From IMG/VR virus record IMGVR_UViG_3300035698_004085, positions 1-64,000 of that record: a DNA stretch of 64,000 nt; one strand, 5' to 3'. This DNA is from a virus. This document shows positions 9,847-18,340 of this stretch, piece after piece (within the stretch, counting starts at the first letter, position 1; each line of letters starts with the position of its first letter). The notes under the pieces were generated by a model. That model made no database searches. It saw nothing but the letters and a program-made list of their open reading frames with translations, and had not been told where the DNA came from. Position numbers and translations under genes: made by a program.

Positions 9847-11691
9847 ATGAAAAACAAAGTTAAGTTGTTTGAGACGGTTCTTGGGATTCACGCTAAGGGC
9901 GCAGCTCACTTGTCGGCTAGTGAAAGGTCAACGATTGAGACTGAGACGCAGGAATTGCTTCGTGGTGCTGGTCATAAATTAGCTGCAAAGGCTCCAGAAG
10001 GATTTGATAAACTGTTATCAGAGCTTACTTCTGCTGAGAATGCAGATGACGCTTACGAAATGGTTGTTGGTTTCTTGAAATCGCAAGACGGAATTGACGG
10101 TGGTGATCCTAAAGAAGATGCTCCAATGGACAAGCCTAAAGAGGATTTAATGGATTCTCCAATGGGAGATCCTAAAGAAGATGCCCCAATGGGCGCTCCG
10201 ATGGATAAGCCTAAAGACAAGCCAATGGGCGACGAGAAGTCTGATGACAAACCTAAAGACAAGATGGAAGACAAGCCTTCTGATGAGAAGCCTTCTGATG
10301 AGAAGCCTGAAGACAAGCCTAAGGATAAGATGGAAGACAAGCCTAAGGACAAGTCAATTGGTGATAAAGGTAAGGGCGACAAGGGCAAAGGCGACAAGCT
10401 AATGGACCTTGAAAAAGAGAAGAAAGACATCTTGGCTAGAGCGCGAGCTGCTGGTGATGAAGTTAAAGAAGACATGGCGAAATTGAAAGAAGATAAGGAC
10501 AAGCCTAAGGACAAAGACAAAGATAAAGAGGATGCTCCGATTTCTTCTGAGTCAATGGGCATTAAAGATCCTAAGACTGCTAATAAGGTAACTGTGAAAG
10601 TTACTTCAAGTCGTAATCTGTTGGTTTCATTTGACGGCAAGCCTTTGTTCCATGCGATTCCCAATGTAGAGACTAAAGCTAGTGTATCTTCTTTGAAGAG
10701 ACTTGCTAATAAAGTTTATGGATGGGTTGTTTATGAGGGTGCTGTTGCTGCTGCTACTAAGTGCGGAGCTAAGATCTTGGCTGGAGCTGACGATGACATT
10801 TCTGTTCCTTTTGATGCTGATTTAGGACCTGAGACTTCTCCAGTAACGGAAGACGCTGACGATGTTTTGGCTGATAGTCAAGAGACTCCTGCTAAGTCTA
10901 TTACAGATGATGCTGAATTTGTTTCAGATGAAACCTATGATAAAGTTAATGCTGCTGTAACAGATGATGCTGACGATGTAGTGTCTGAGGCTGTAGAGAC
11001 GCCTTCTAGTGACGTTACTGACGGGCATGAGGATGTGTTAGACGAAGAGCTAGAGACGCCTGCCAACGATACTCAGTCGGATGCTGAGGTTGATTTTAAG
11101 TCTGCTGAGGCTAGCTATAAGCAGCTGTATGCTTCAAGAGCTAAAAAAGAGTCTATTGATCTCAATAAGGCTTTTGTTACTAAATTTATTCGAGCTATTA
11201 AGGTTGCTGCTACCAGGATGAGTCTGAATCATGACGACAATCCTTATAAAGCAGCTTCTATTGATGTTTTAACCTCTGATAATGTGTCTTTCTCAGATGG
11301 TTCCGTTTTAGAGGGATTAGATGAGTCTGCTGCTTCAGAGTTAACTGAGCTAATTGCTAGTGAAGGTCATGAGCCTTTCATTACTCAACTGCTCACAAGG
11401 ACTTCCTCATTGATGAAGAAGTCAGATGAATACTTAGAAGATTTGGAGAGTGACTTGGGAGATCTTAATGTGACTCCTGTAGAAGTTGCACCTGCCAAAT
11501 CTGGTACTAAGAGACGTTCAAGCAAGAGTGAGAAGGTTCGCAAGGCTGCGTCCGATGGAAACTTTGCTTTAACTAATAATCGAGCGCGAGTTACCCGCAC
11601 TCAAAACGAAAACAATGTAGGTGGTCTTCGAGCCGTTATCGGTGACACCCCGCTTTCAAAACTAAGTAAAGTTTTGGCAGGGTCAAGATAA
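9847..11691 (+). CDS. Probable capsid scaffolding protein
   Basis: 614 aa low-complexity D/K/E/P-rich protein between protease and capsid genes. Confidence 0.6.
   Translation: MKNKVKLFETVLGIHAKGAAHLSASERSTIETETQELLRGAGHKLAAKAPEGFDKLLSELTSAENADDAYEMVVGFLKSQDGIDGGDPKEDAPMDKPKEDLMDSPMGDPKEDAPMGAPMDKPKDKPMGDEKSDDKPKDKMEDKPSDEKPSDEKPEDKPKDKMEDKPKDKSIGDKGKGDKGKGDKLMDLEKEKKDILARARAAGDEVKEDMAKLKEDKDKPKDKDKDKEDAPISSESMGIKDPKTANKVTVKVTSSRNLLVSFDGKPLFHAIPNVETKASVSSLKRLANKVYGWVVYEGAVAAATKCGAKILAGADDDISVPFDADLGPETSPVTEDADDVLADSQETPAKSITDDAEFVSDETYDKVNAAVTDDADDVVSEAVETPSSDVTDGHEDVLDEELETPANDTQSDAEVDFKSAEASYKQLYASRAKKESIDLNKAFVTKFIRAIKVAATRMSLNHDDNPYKAASIDVLTSDNVSFSDGSVLEGLDESAASELTELIASEGHEPFITQLLTRTSSLMKKSDEYLEDLESDLGDLNVTPVEVAPAKSGTKRRSSKSEKVRKAASDGNFALTNNRARVTRTQNENNVGGLRAVIGDTPLSKLSKVLAGSR
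10105..10540 (+). repeat. Imperfect coding repeats (DKPKD, KPSDE, PKEDAPM) in scaffold gene
   Basis: Recurrent gacaagcctaa and aagccttctgatgag units; boundaries approximate. Confidence 0.7.
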
Positions 11692-11721
11692 CAGTAAGGA
11701 AACCCAGACAAGGAGTCTGAA

Positions 11722-12483
11722 ATGAGTCTTAGTACAAGAAGAGAAGCATTTCGTGTAGACACTGTAGCGCGTGGTATTGACCACCTGCGGACCCAGTACA
11801 CCACAGCATATGGCGATTACGTTGCAAATGCAACTACTACGTTCGATGCCGGTCAACTGGTGGACCTAAACAGTGATAGCGAAATTATTCAATCAGTTGG
11901 TGCCGCACCATTTGGTTGGACGCGATATAACAAGAACACTGGGTTCTATGGTTCTGTCGTTGGTGAGTACATTCAACTGAATGCACTAGCTGATACTAGC
12001 CTAGCGCATGCTAACGTTAGAGCAGCAGCTGGTGGGTTGCTTGGTGTTCGCGTTGCAGCAGCACTTACTGGTGCGGCTTATGCGGAAGCAACTGATTATA
12101 CAGTTACTTATGCTAGTGGTCTTATCAAGCGTCAAGTGGCACCCGGCGGAACTATCCCAGATGGTGGATACGTCTACGTTACTTATCAGTATACGCTGAC
12201 AGCTCTTGAGCTTGCTGATGATGGTCACAACTTCTGGAATCTAGACGACGACATTACTATTCAAGGTGGAAAAGTAACTGTCATTACTGGTCCCGCAACT
12301 ATTTACACAACTGCTTATGACCCAAGTATTACTTATTCTATCAATGATGCATTGACCGCAGGAACGACTGCTGAATTGCTAGCTGGAATGGTAACTGTGG
12401 GTGGAGCTGGCTTGGCTATTGGGTTTGTTATTCAGATTCCAACGCCTGCTGATCCTTTCCTTGGCATTAAGTACAGCGGCTAA
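11722..12483 (+). CDS. Head decoration / minor capsid protein
   Basis: Immediately before the capsid gene; GKVTVITG, YDPSITY..ND.L and PT.ADPFLG motifs; inserted DYTV.Y..G.I Ig-like module. Confidence 0.6.
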   Translation: MSLSTRREAFRVDTVARGIDHLRTQYTTAYGDYVANATTTFDAGQLVDLNSDSEIIQSVGAAPFGWTRYNKNTGFYGSVVGEYIQLNALADTSLAHANVRAAAGGLLGVRVAAALTGAAYAEATDYTVTYASGLIKRQVAPGGTIPDGGYVYVTYQYTLTALELADDGHNFWNLDDDITIQGGKVTVITGPATIYTTAYDPSITYSINDALTAGTTAELLAGMVTVGGAGLAIGFVIQIPTPADPFLGIKYSG

Positions 12484-12497
12484 TAGGAGGCTTTAAA

Positions 12498-13706
12498 ATG
12501 AAAAAGAATAATCCTTATCGTAAGCTTGCAAAACGAGCTACTAAGCCTGCTGCTTCTAAAAAAGCACCTCGTAGGCTAGCTGCTCGTCCGAAGACTCGGC
12601 TGCAATCTAAGAATGATGAACAACTGTTTGACGAGAGTGGTGCGTTTAACCCTCAGTCCTACGACCGTAAATCTTCACGGGGCGCGTCTGCAGGTAAAAG
12701 TAACCGTCGCATGTTTAATGCTAGTGGTGAGATTAATGCTCATGACAAGCGTGATGCGCTAACACAAATTTATCAGCTCTTAGGTAATGTTACTAAGAAG
12801 AATGCTGGTAGTTTGTCTTTCCACAACGCTGATGAGCCTTCTATTAGTGTTGACGAAAAGCGTCAGATTATGGCTGCTGCTCTTCGTGATCCTTCTGGTG
12901 CTGGATTCCATCAAGTAGGTCAAGAGCTTGCTCTCCCTATTAAGGTTATCCTTGACTATGAAGGTTTTGCTCGTAAACTGTTTAGGGTTCGCAAGCTAGG
13001 TCAAGCCGAGCTTTTCCGGGTACCCAAAGACATCCGTTCGGTTGCTTATATTATTGGTCAAGATGGTCAGACTCCTGAAGCTCGCATCAAGACTAAGTAT
13101 ATCACTCCTGAAGAGTTCAAGGTAACGTCCTTCCCGTCTATTGACATCCAGGACATCTATCAAATGAACTTCGACGTTTTGGAGCGTGCGCAAGATACGG
13201 CACGTCAAGAGATCGAACTCCAAGAAGACAAAGCTGGTATCAATATTCTGGATCGCGCTGCGACTACCATTAATAACGTTACTACTTTTGCTTCTCTGGG
13301 TGTTGGCGCTTTTGAAGACGTTCGCTATCAGGTTGAGCAACATCGTCTCCTGGTTGAGAATTTCTGGATTGCTCGTGCAGAGCTTTCTGACATCGTTAAG
13401 AATATGTCAACTGCGGTTGATCCTGTAACTGAGCGTGAGTTGATTCTCAGTGGTTACATTGGCAATATCCTTAATGCTCAGATTATGACTGCTGCTGGTA
13501 CAGGCGTTGAAGAAGTTATTCCTGCGGGGACCTTCTATGCGACTACCGGAAGTGATTATCTTGGTGAGATGGGTGAGCGAATTAGTCTCTTCTCCGAGCC
13601 TTACAATAAGTACAACCAACAGGAAACTGTTAAGGGTTGGGCGTTCGTAGAAATGATTGGTTTCGTTATTCCTAACTCCAAGGCAGCTGCTAAGGGTATG
13701 AAATAA
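12498..13706 (+). CDS. Major capsid protein (HK97 fold)
   Basis: PIK..LDYEG..RK, FKVTSFPSI and RAQD.ARQEI..QED motifs; strong SD AGGAGG; biased codon use; followed by a terminator; basic N-terminal extension. Confidence 0.85.
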   Translation: MKKNNPYRKLAKRATKPAASKKAPRRLAARPKTRLQSKNDEQLFDESGAFNPQSYDRKSSRGASAGKSNRRMFNASGEINAHDKRDALTQIYQLLGNVTKKNAGSLSFHNADEPSISVDEKRQIMAAALRDPSGAGFHQVGQELALPIKVILDYEGFARKLFRVRKLGQAELFRVPKDIRSVAYIIGQDGQTPEARIKTKYITPEEFKVTSFPSIDIQDIYQMNFDVLERAQDTARQEIELQEDKAGINILDRAATTINNVTTFASLGVGAFEDVRYQVEQHRLLVENFWIARAELSDIVKNMSTAVDPVTERELILSGYIGNILNAQIMTAAGTGVEEVIPAGTFYATTGSDYLGEMGERISLFSEPYNKYNQQETVKGWAFVEMIGFVIPNSKAAAKGMK

Positions 13707-13718
13707 TTAAGTCTTATT

Positions 13719-13775
13719 AAGTAAAGGGGTTGGGTGAGTTTCCCTCCTTTCTCTCACCCTTCCCTTTACTTTTTT
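13719..13775 (+). terminator. Intrinsic terminator-like hairpin after the capsid gene
   Basis: AAGTAAAGGG/CCCTTTACTT and GGGTGAG/CTCACCC stems, 14 nt pyrimidine loop, T-run. Confidence 0.75.
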
Positions 13776-13782
13776 ATTTAAC

Positions 13783-13824
13783 CCCTTGACTAATACTGGT
13801 TAAGGGAGTTCAGCGAAAGCTGGG
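13783..13824 (+). other. Two RNA hairpins directly before the PLMP-domain gene
   Basis: CCCTTGACTA-ATAC-TGGTTAAGGG (10 bp with G-U pairs) and TTCAGC-GAAA-GCTGGG (GNRA tetraloop), ending 3 nt before the ATG. Confidence 0.55.
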
Positions 13825-13827
13825 GAT

Positions 13828-14688
13828 ATGTCTAAAGAGAAAAATATTCCGGTCTTAGATCTCAGTGATCATTTTCTCTCATATACTTCTCCTGCTAAAG
13901 CTAGGCTTTTGATTAAGTCTGGAAGAGCTTTCGCGTTTAGCAAAGACCCCTTCATGATTAAAATGAGGGGAGAAGTGGAAGAGAACGCAATGAAAAGAAC
14001 TGTATCAAATCAACGAAGAGCCGTAGTCACAAACTTTACTAAATACTTTCAAAAAGAGCGTGAAGTATATGTGCAAAATATGGGTTCAACTCAGATCTCT
14101 CTAGCTTTTAAATTGGATGGTCAGGATACTTATATTCTGATTCCTAGAACTCGTAAGCCTTATAATCTTACTCAACATGTTCCTTTTATGGCTATTAAAA
14201 ACTCTACTGATTTCAGAGCTATTATTAACCGGAGAAATCCCCCGATTCTAAAGCTGATTGAAGAAGAGGAATTCCTTGAGTATTATGATAGATTAGCTGC
14301 TAGAAACTCTACTACGTTTGAGGAAGAGCTGTCAAAAGCTGAAGAGGCTCAATATGGTCTAATGGACAAGCGAGTTGTCGGTACTGAGAGAATAGCTCGT
14401 GAGATGGAGCAACAGCTTGAGAAGAAGATGGATGAATTAGAGAAGCCTGATTCAACTCATCCTCAAATAGTTGGTTTTTGTGCGAAAGCTGATAAAGAGT
14501 ATATGCCAAGGTTAAAGGCTGAAGACTTTATTGAAGAGTTAGAGGCTCTAGAGCACGAATTGTCTCCAGAAGACTGGGAATTCGTCTCTACAAAGGGTGT
14601 ATATAAGACTGTAAAGAACTTTGCTGCTAAGAAACTAGATGTTCTTACCTCGTCTGAAGAAGATGATGATCCCAACGCTGATCTCTAA
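13828..14688 (+). CDS. Protein with N-terminal PLMP/RRXRR-like domain fused to an uncharacterised phage domain
   Basis: IPVLD....LSYTSPAKARLLIKSGRA......PFMIKM matches the IscB/RRXRR N-terminal pattern; no RuvC or HNH motifs follow. Confidence 0.65.
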   Translation: MSKEKNIPVLDLSDHFLSYTSPAKARLLIKSGRAFAFSKDPFMIKMRGEVEENAMKRTVSNQRRAVVTNFTKYFQKEREVYVQNMGSTQISLAFKLDGQDTYILIPRTRKPYNLTQHVPFMAIKNSTDFRAIINRRNPPILKLIEEEEFLEYYDRLAARNSTTFEEELSKAEEAQYGLMDKRVVGTERIAREMEQQLEKKMDELEKPDSTHPQIVGFCAKADKEYMPRLKAEDFIEELEALEHELSPEDWEFVSTKGVYKTVKNFAAKKLDVLTSSEEDDDPNADL

Positions 14689-14709
14689 TAACTAATAAAA
14701 TCCTTCCCT

Positions 14710-14740
14710 TTTAAATCTCCTACAACTTTTCTGTTAAACT
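14710..14740 (+). promoter_or_regulatory. Phage-specific promoter motif, copy 3 (TTTAAA-N3-CCTAC-N11-TAAACT)
   Basis: Intergenic; conserved spacing. Confidence 0.7.
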
Positions 14741-14781
14741 AGATAATGAGATTGGTTTATCTATAAGGAGATTTACGCAAA

Positions 14782-15204
14782 ATGTCACAATATCTTGAAA
14801 CGACTAAAGTACTAACGATAGGTGTCGGCGCTTCAGACAGGATTTGGGCAGCTCCTTCGGGCGTGCCTGTTCAAAAGACAACTGTTTGGGTTCAAGCAAA
14901 AGCTTTGAGCGCTGTAGATATAGATTATGAAGTGTTTTTGGGTGGTTATTTTACTGTAGCAGCTCCTTTCACTTCTGGAGCTACTCATAGCGGTGGTGTA
15001 TCACAAGGTGCTGCGGCTGCGGTTGGGGGTGCCTCTACGGAATTATGCCATAAGGTATTTGACGATGCTTCTCATTTTCCTATTAACAATCCTAACTCTG
15101 TTTCTTTTCCAGCGGCATACGTTACTGAGTTTACGAATAACTCAGCAGGCATAGTAGAACTACACGTTACGTTCATTCAGCAAACTATTGGAAGTAACGT
15201 TTAA
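14782..15204 (+). CDS. Hypothetical, probable virion protein
   Basis: 140 aa beta-rich ORF with SD AAGGAG. Confidence 0.5.
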   Translation: MSQYLETTKVLTIGVGASDRIWAAPSGVPVQKTTVWVQAKALSAVDIDYEVFLGGYFTVAAPFTSGATHSGGVSQGAAAAVGGASTELCHKVFDDASHFPINNPNSVSFPAAYVTEFTNNSAGIVELHVTFIQQTIGSNV

Positions 15205-15214
15205 GGAGTTTATA

Positions 15215-15520
15215 ATGATTGAAGAAATACTAACTACTTACGGAATCTATATTGCTATTGTTTTTGTAATTCATTTTCTGATTTTAGGATTAAAGAAAAC
15301 CTTCAAATCTTTCTTTGAGGGTGACGTAGGGAATAAGATACTTTATTTTTTGCCTGTTCTTTTCGGTGCAGCACTTGGTTTATTCTTACCTGAAGAGTCT
15401 TTAAAGATCCAGCTCCTTTACGGAGCTGCGCTTGGGACAAGTGCTCAAACTATTTATACGTGGGTGACTAAGCTCTTTATAAAAAAGATGAAAGACACTG
15501 AAGTAGAACTGGAAGAATAG
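15215..15520 (+). CDS. Holin-like membrane protein
   Basis: Three hydrophobic segments and a charged C-terminus; ATG at 15215 follows AAGGAG. Confidence 0.5.
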   Translation: MIEEILTTYGIYIAIVFVIHFLILGLKKTFKSFFEGDVGNKILYFLPVLFGAALGLFLPEESLKIQLLYGAALGTSAQTIYTWVTKLFIKKMKDTEVELEE

Positions 15521-15543
15521 AAGCATAACTAATTGGAGGGTTT

Positions 15544-15894
15544 ATGCGGACTCTAAAGAAAATCTGGGCATTCATCAAGAAGCATTATAAAGGTATCCTA
15601 GCTGCCTTGGGCGTCATACTATCAGTTATTGCCTTATTTACGGTAAGGAATAGCTATGTTGACTCTCAAATTAAGCGTAGGAGATTAGACATTGCTAAAC
15701 GTCATAAAGAGATTATTGCTCTTCAAGGCGAGAAGGAGATGTTGTCTTTAATGAATGCTGCTACTTCAGAAGAGCTAGCGGCTCTGGACAAGCGTATAGC
15801 GCTTACAGATCAAGACATCATAAAAGCTAGAGCAGAAGTGCGTAAACTTACTCTAGCACAGAAGATTAAAAAGTTCGATGAGTTGGGTTATTAA
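15544..15894 (+). CDS. Membrane-anchored coiled-coil protein (i-spanin-like)
   Basis: Basic N-terminus, one TM helix, coiled coil; follows the holin-like gene. Confidence 0.4.
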   Translation: MRTLKKIWAFIKKHYKGILAALGVILSVIALFTVRNSYVDSQIKRRRLDIAKRHKEIIALQGEKEMLSLMNAATSEELAALDKRIALTDQDIIKARAEVRKLTLAQKIKKFDELGY

Positions 15895-15895
15895 A

Positions 15896-16339
15896 ATGAA
15901 GTATCTATTTATTATACTTTTGACATGTTTAATACCTGCTATGACTCTTTCTCAGAACAAAGTTGAGATGGAGCATGAAGGTGTTCCTGGTTTTTGGTTT
16001 GATGAAGCAACCGGAACAAAAATGCTCTTAGACCTTACAGAATTTCATGTTTTAAAACTTGAGAAGATTCCAGCTTTAAACCTGAAGATAAAGAAATTAG
16101 AGTTTGGTATTCAAACGCTAGAACTCGAATTAATAGTAACCGAAAAGATTGCGGCTAAATGGGAAACGCAATTCGGTAAAGTAGATGAATTAAGAGTAAA
16201 AGAGGTTGAGAGACTTCAAGAGAAACTAAATAGCAAAGATAGATGGTATAAGTCTCCTCCCGTATACTTAATCTCTGGTGTAATTTTGGGAGGACTTTTA
16301 GCGGTAGGCTTAAACTATGGTCTACAAGAGGTAAGATAA
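15896..16339 (+). CDS. Exported coiled-coil protein with C-terminal TM helix (possible spanin partner)
   Basis: Signal-peptide-like MKYLFIILL, coiled coil, WYKSP followed by a TM segment. Confidence 0.4.
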   Translation: MKYLFIILLTCLIPAMTLSQNKVEMEHEGVPGFWFDEATGTKMLLDLTEFHVLKLEKIPALNLKIKKLEFGIQTLELELIVTEKIAAKWETQFGKVDELRVKEVERLQEKLNSKDRWYKSPPVYLISGVILGGLLAVGLNYGLQEVR

Positions 16340-16340
16340 A

Positions 16341-16727
16341 ATGTCTACAGCAACAATAGCAGGGACTGTAACTTTCCCAATATCGGTTGGAGGTCCTAGT
16401 GCGGCAATGGTACTTGGCTCACCTGACGTAAACCCTGATTCAACTACGGGTCCTACTCTAACCTTTTCTGAGCAGATGTGTAATACTTATAGCGTTACTA
16501 TTGCTGCGTCTCCTTTTACGGTTCCTTTTGGTAGTATTACTTCAGGAGATATTCTTTATATTGGAACTGACCAAGCACTAACAGTTCTTCTTAATGGAGG
16601 AGCGGAGTCTTTCTCAATCGCCGCTGGTGGGTTTATAATGATTTATCTAGGATCTTGTACGGGAGCGGTTTTAACCGCGACGACTTTGGATGCTGTTGTT
16701 CAGGTTGCTCTCTTAGGCAGCGAATAG
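16341..16727 (+). CDS. Hypothetical virion protein
   Basis: 128 aa T/G/S-rich beta protein in the structural cluster. Confidence 0.5.
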   Translation: MSTATIAGTVTFPISVGGPSAAMVLGSPDVNPDSTTGPTLTFSEQMCNTYSVTIAASPFTVPFGSITSGDILYIGTDQALTVLLNGGAESFSIAAGGFIMIYLGSCTGAVLTATTLDAVVQVALLGSE

Positions 16728-16750
16728 AGCGTATTAAAGGATAAATAACT

Positions 16751-17665
16751 ATGCTTATTCAGCCAACCCTAAATAGTCCTTCGGTACTTGACGCTCCAAG
16801 CATGATGACGCTTAACTCTAAGCGCTATCTCGATATAACTTTTCAGGATGATACTGGGAATCCTGTTGATATAGACGAGACTATTGATGCAACTGGTACT
16901 TCTAGGGGAGAGTTAGAGCTATCTGTAACTAATTACTCTACTACTGAAATACTATACAGCTCATATTGGCCAAATATTACTCCAACGACTCGCAGAATTG
17001 ATCACCCAGCTCTTGGGAAATACCGAGTTCACTGGGGTATAGAGAGTGGTGAATCTGATAAGTTATCACCTCTACTTTTCTCTTGGCACGTCAGAGAGAC
17101 TACGGGTTCTGAAGATATTTATAGAACTCAATTGGTTGAAATAGTATCTCCGAAGGTTTTATCTCTTCTTCCTAGATTTAGGTTAATGTTGGATAAGAGT
17201 ATTAAGGTAGTGGTTCCTGAGGAGTACTGTACACTAGGTTTTAGTGATTCTCAGCTGCTTGTTTATTTGAATATGGGTCTATCTTACATCAATACATCTC
17301 AGCCTTATCCGACGTGGCAGTCGTTGGATTCCTTTCCAATTGATCATGGTTTGGACGTATTGATTAAAGCTGCTTTAGCTAGCGCTTTAATGTCTCAAAC
17401 GCTTTTTTCTATCGACACAGATATTCCAAGCTTCAGTTCGCAGGGTAATAGCTTCGTTATTACCCATGCTCAACAACTAAAGGGAGTAAGGGATAGCCTA
17501 GTAGCAGAGTTAAATAAGCAGATTAGAGAGTTTAAACTGCAGTACGTAGGCTCAGGATCTATTGGAGCAGAGATAAGAATTGGTTACGGATTCTATGCGA
17601 TGCTTAACGCATCGCCTCCTGGATCACTGTTTAGAGGAGTTTTCAGCGGTGGAGGCGGTAGCTAA
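16751..17665 (+). CDS. Probable head-tail adaptor (neck) protein
   Basis: N-terminal Ig-like part plus helical FSDSQLLVYLNMGLSYIN...P segment typical of adaptors; position between head and tail genes. Confidence 0.55.
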   Translation: MLIQPTLNSPSVLDAPSMMTLNSKRYLDITFQDDTGNPVDIDETIDATGTSRGELELSVTNYSTTEILYSSYWPNITPTTRRIDHPALGKYRVHWGIESGESDKLSPLLFSWHVRETTGSEDIYRTQLVEIVSPKVLSLLPRFRLMLDKSIKVVVPEEYCTLGFSDSQLLVYLNMGLSYINTSQPYPTWQSLDSFPIDHGLDVLIKAALASALMSQTLFSIDTDIPSFSSQGNSFVITHAQQLKGVRDSLVAELNKQIREFKLQYVGSGSIGAEIRIGYGFYAMLNASPPGSLFRGVFSGGGGS

Positions 17666-17668
17666 AAA

Positions 17669-17839
17669 TTGGCAGAAGTTATTGAAATAACTTTAGATGA
17701 TGACCGAAAGGTTGGCAACAGGGTATTTGCCAACATGGTCGATCCTATTAATCTTTCAATATTGATTGCCAGGGTTAATGACATAAAAGAGAAAAGAACT
17801 ATAGAAGAACTCGTAGAAGAGTTTTTGGCGGGTAGATAA
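17669..17839 (+). CDS. Small hypothetical protein (56 aa, not in ORF track)
   Basis: TTG start after GGAGG; MAEVIEITLDDDRKVG...EEFLAGR; fills the intergenic gap. Confidence 0.55.
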   Translation: MAEVIEITLDDDRKVGNRVFANMVDPINLSILIARVNDIKEKRTIEELVEEFLAGR

Positions 17840-17852
17840 AAATGGATGTGCT

Positions 17853-18335
17853 GTGTTAATGGGTATTAAGGATGGTGGGTTAAAGAGATTGGCAATTTTT
17901 TTGCAGTCTAACGAGTCCATTTTAAATACTTCTGGTACTCTTAAGGAAATGGCGAGGTTAGAGATTGATTTATCTGTTTATTGGCGTATTCAGCCAGAAG
18001 GAGCAGATCTTGAGCATTTGTCAATGGACTATTCTGGGGGTGACCTTATAGAAGGGGTATGGGCGTTTGAGTCTTTATGGGGGTTGATTAGTGATCTTAT
18101 AGAAGACGATAGCTATGTTGACCAAGTAGCCAATGACGGGTCACCTCCTGAAATAGTGGCTATTGAGTCAGATAGCGTGGAAGATGGTTCGGATAATTCT
18201 GTGATAATAACGGGCGGCACCGTATCTAACAGGTTTGACGCAGTTTTAGTTTTAGGGGAATTAAGAAAGTTTCAGGATGAAGATGGAGTTGTTGATGAAG
18301 AGGCTTTATATCAGTTTTTGTTTGAGGGCGGGTAG
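17853..18335 (+). CDS. Hypothetical acidic protein
   Basis: 160 aa ORF in the operon. Confidence 0.55.
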   Translation: MLMGIKDGGLKRLAIFLQSNESILNTSGTLKEMARLEIDLSVYWRIQPEGADLEHLSMDYSGGDLIEGVWAFESLWGLISDLIEDDSYVDQVANDGSPPEIVAIESDSVEDGSDNSVIITGGTVSNRFDAVLVLGELRKFQDEDGVVDEEALYQFLFEGG

Positions 18336-18340
18336 ATAAG

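Noticed and set aside
13707-14688. Complete IscB/IsrB (IS200/IS605 OMEGA) element
   Set aside because: Only the PLMP-like N-terminus is present; no RuvC or HNH motifs, no TnpA, and the upstream RNA is short with no recognisable HEARO sequence.
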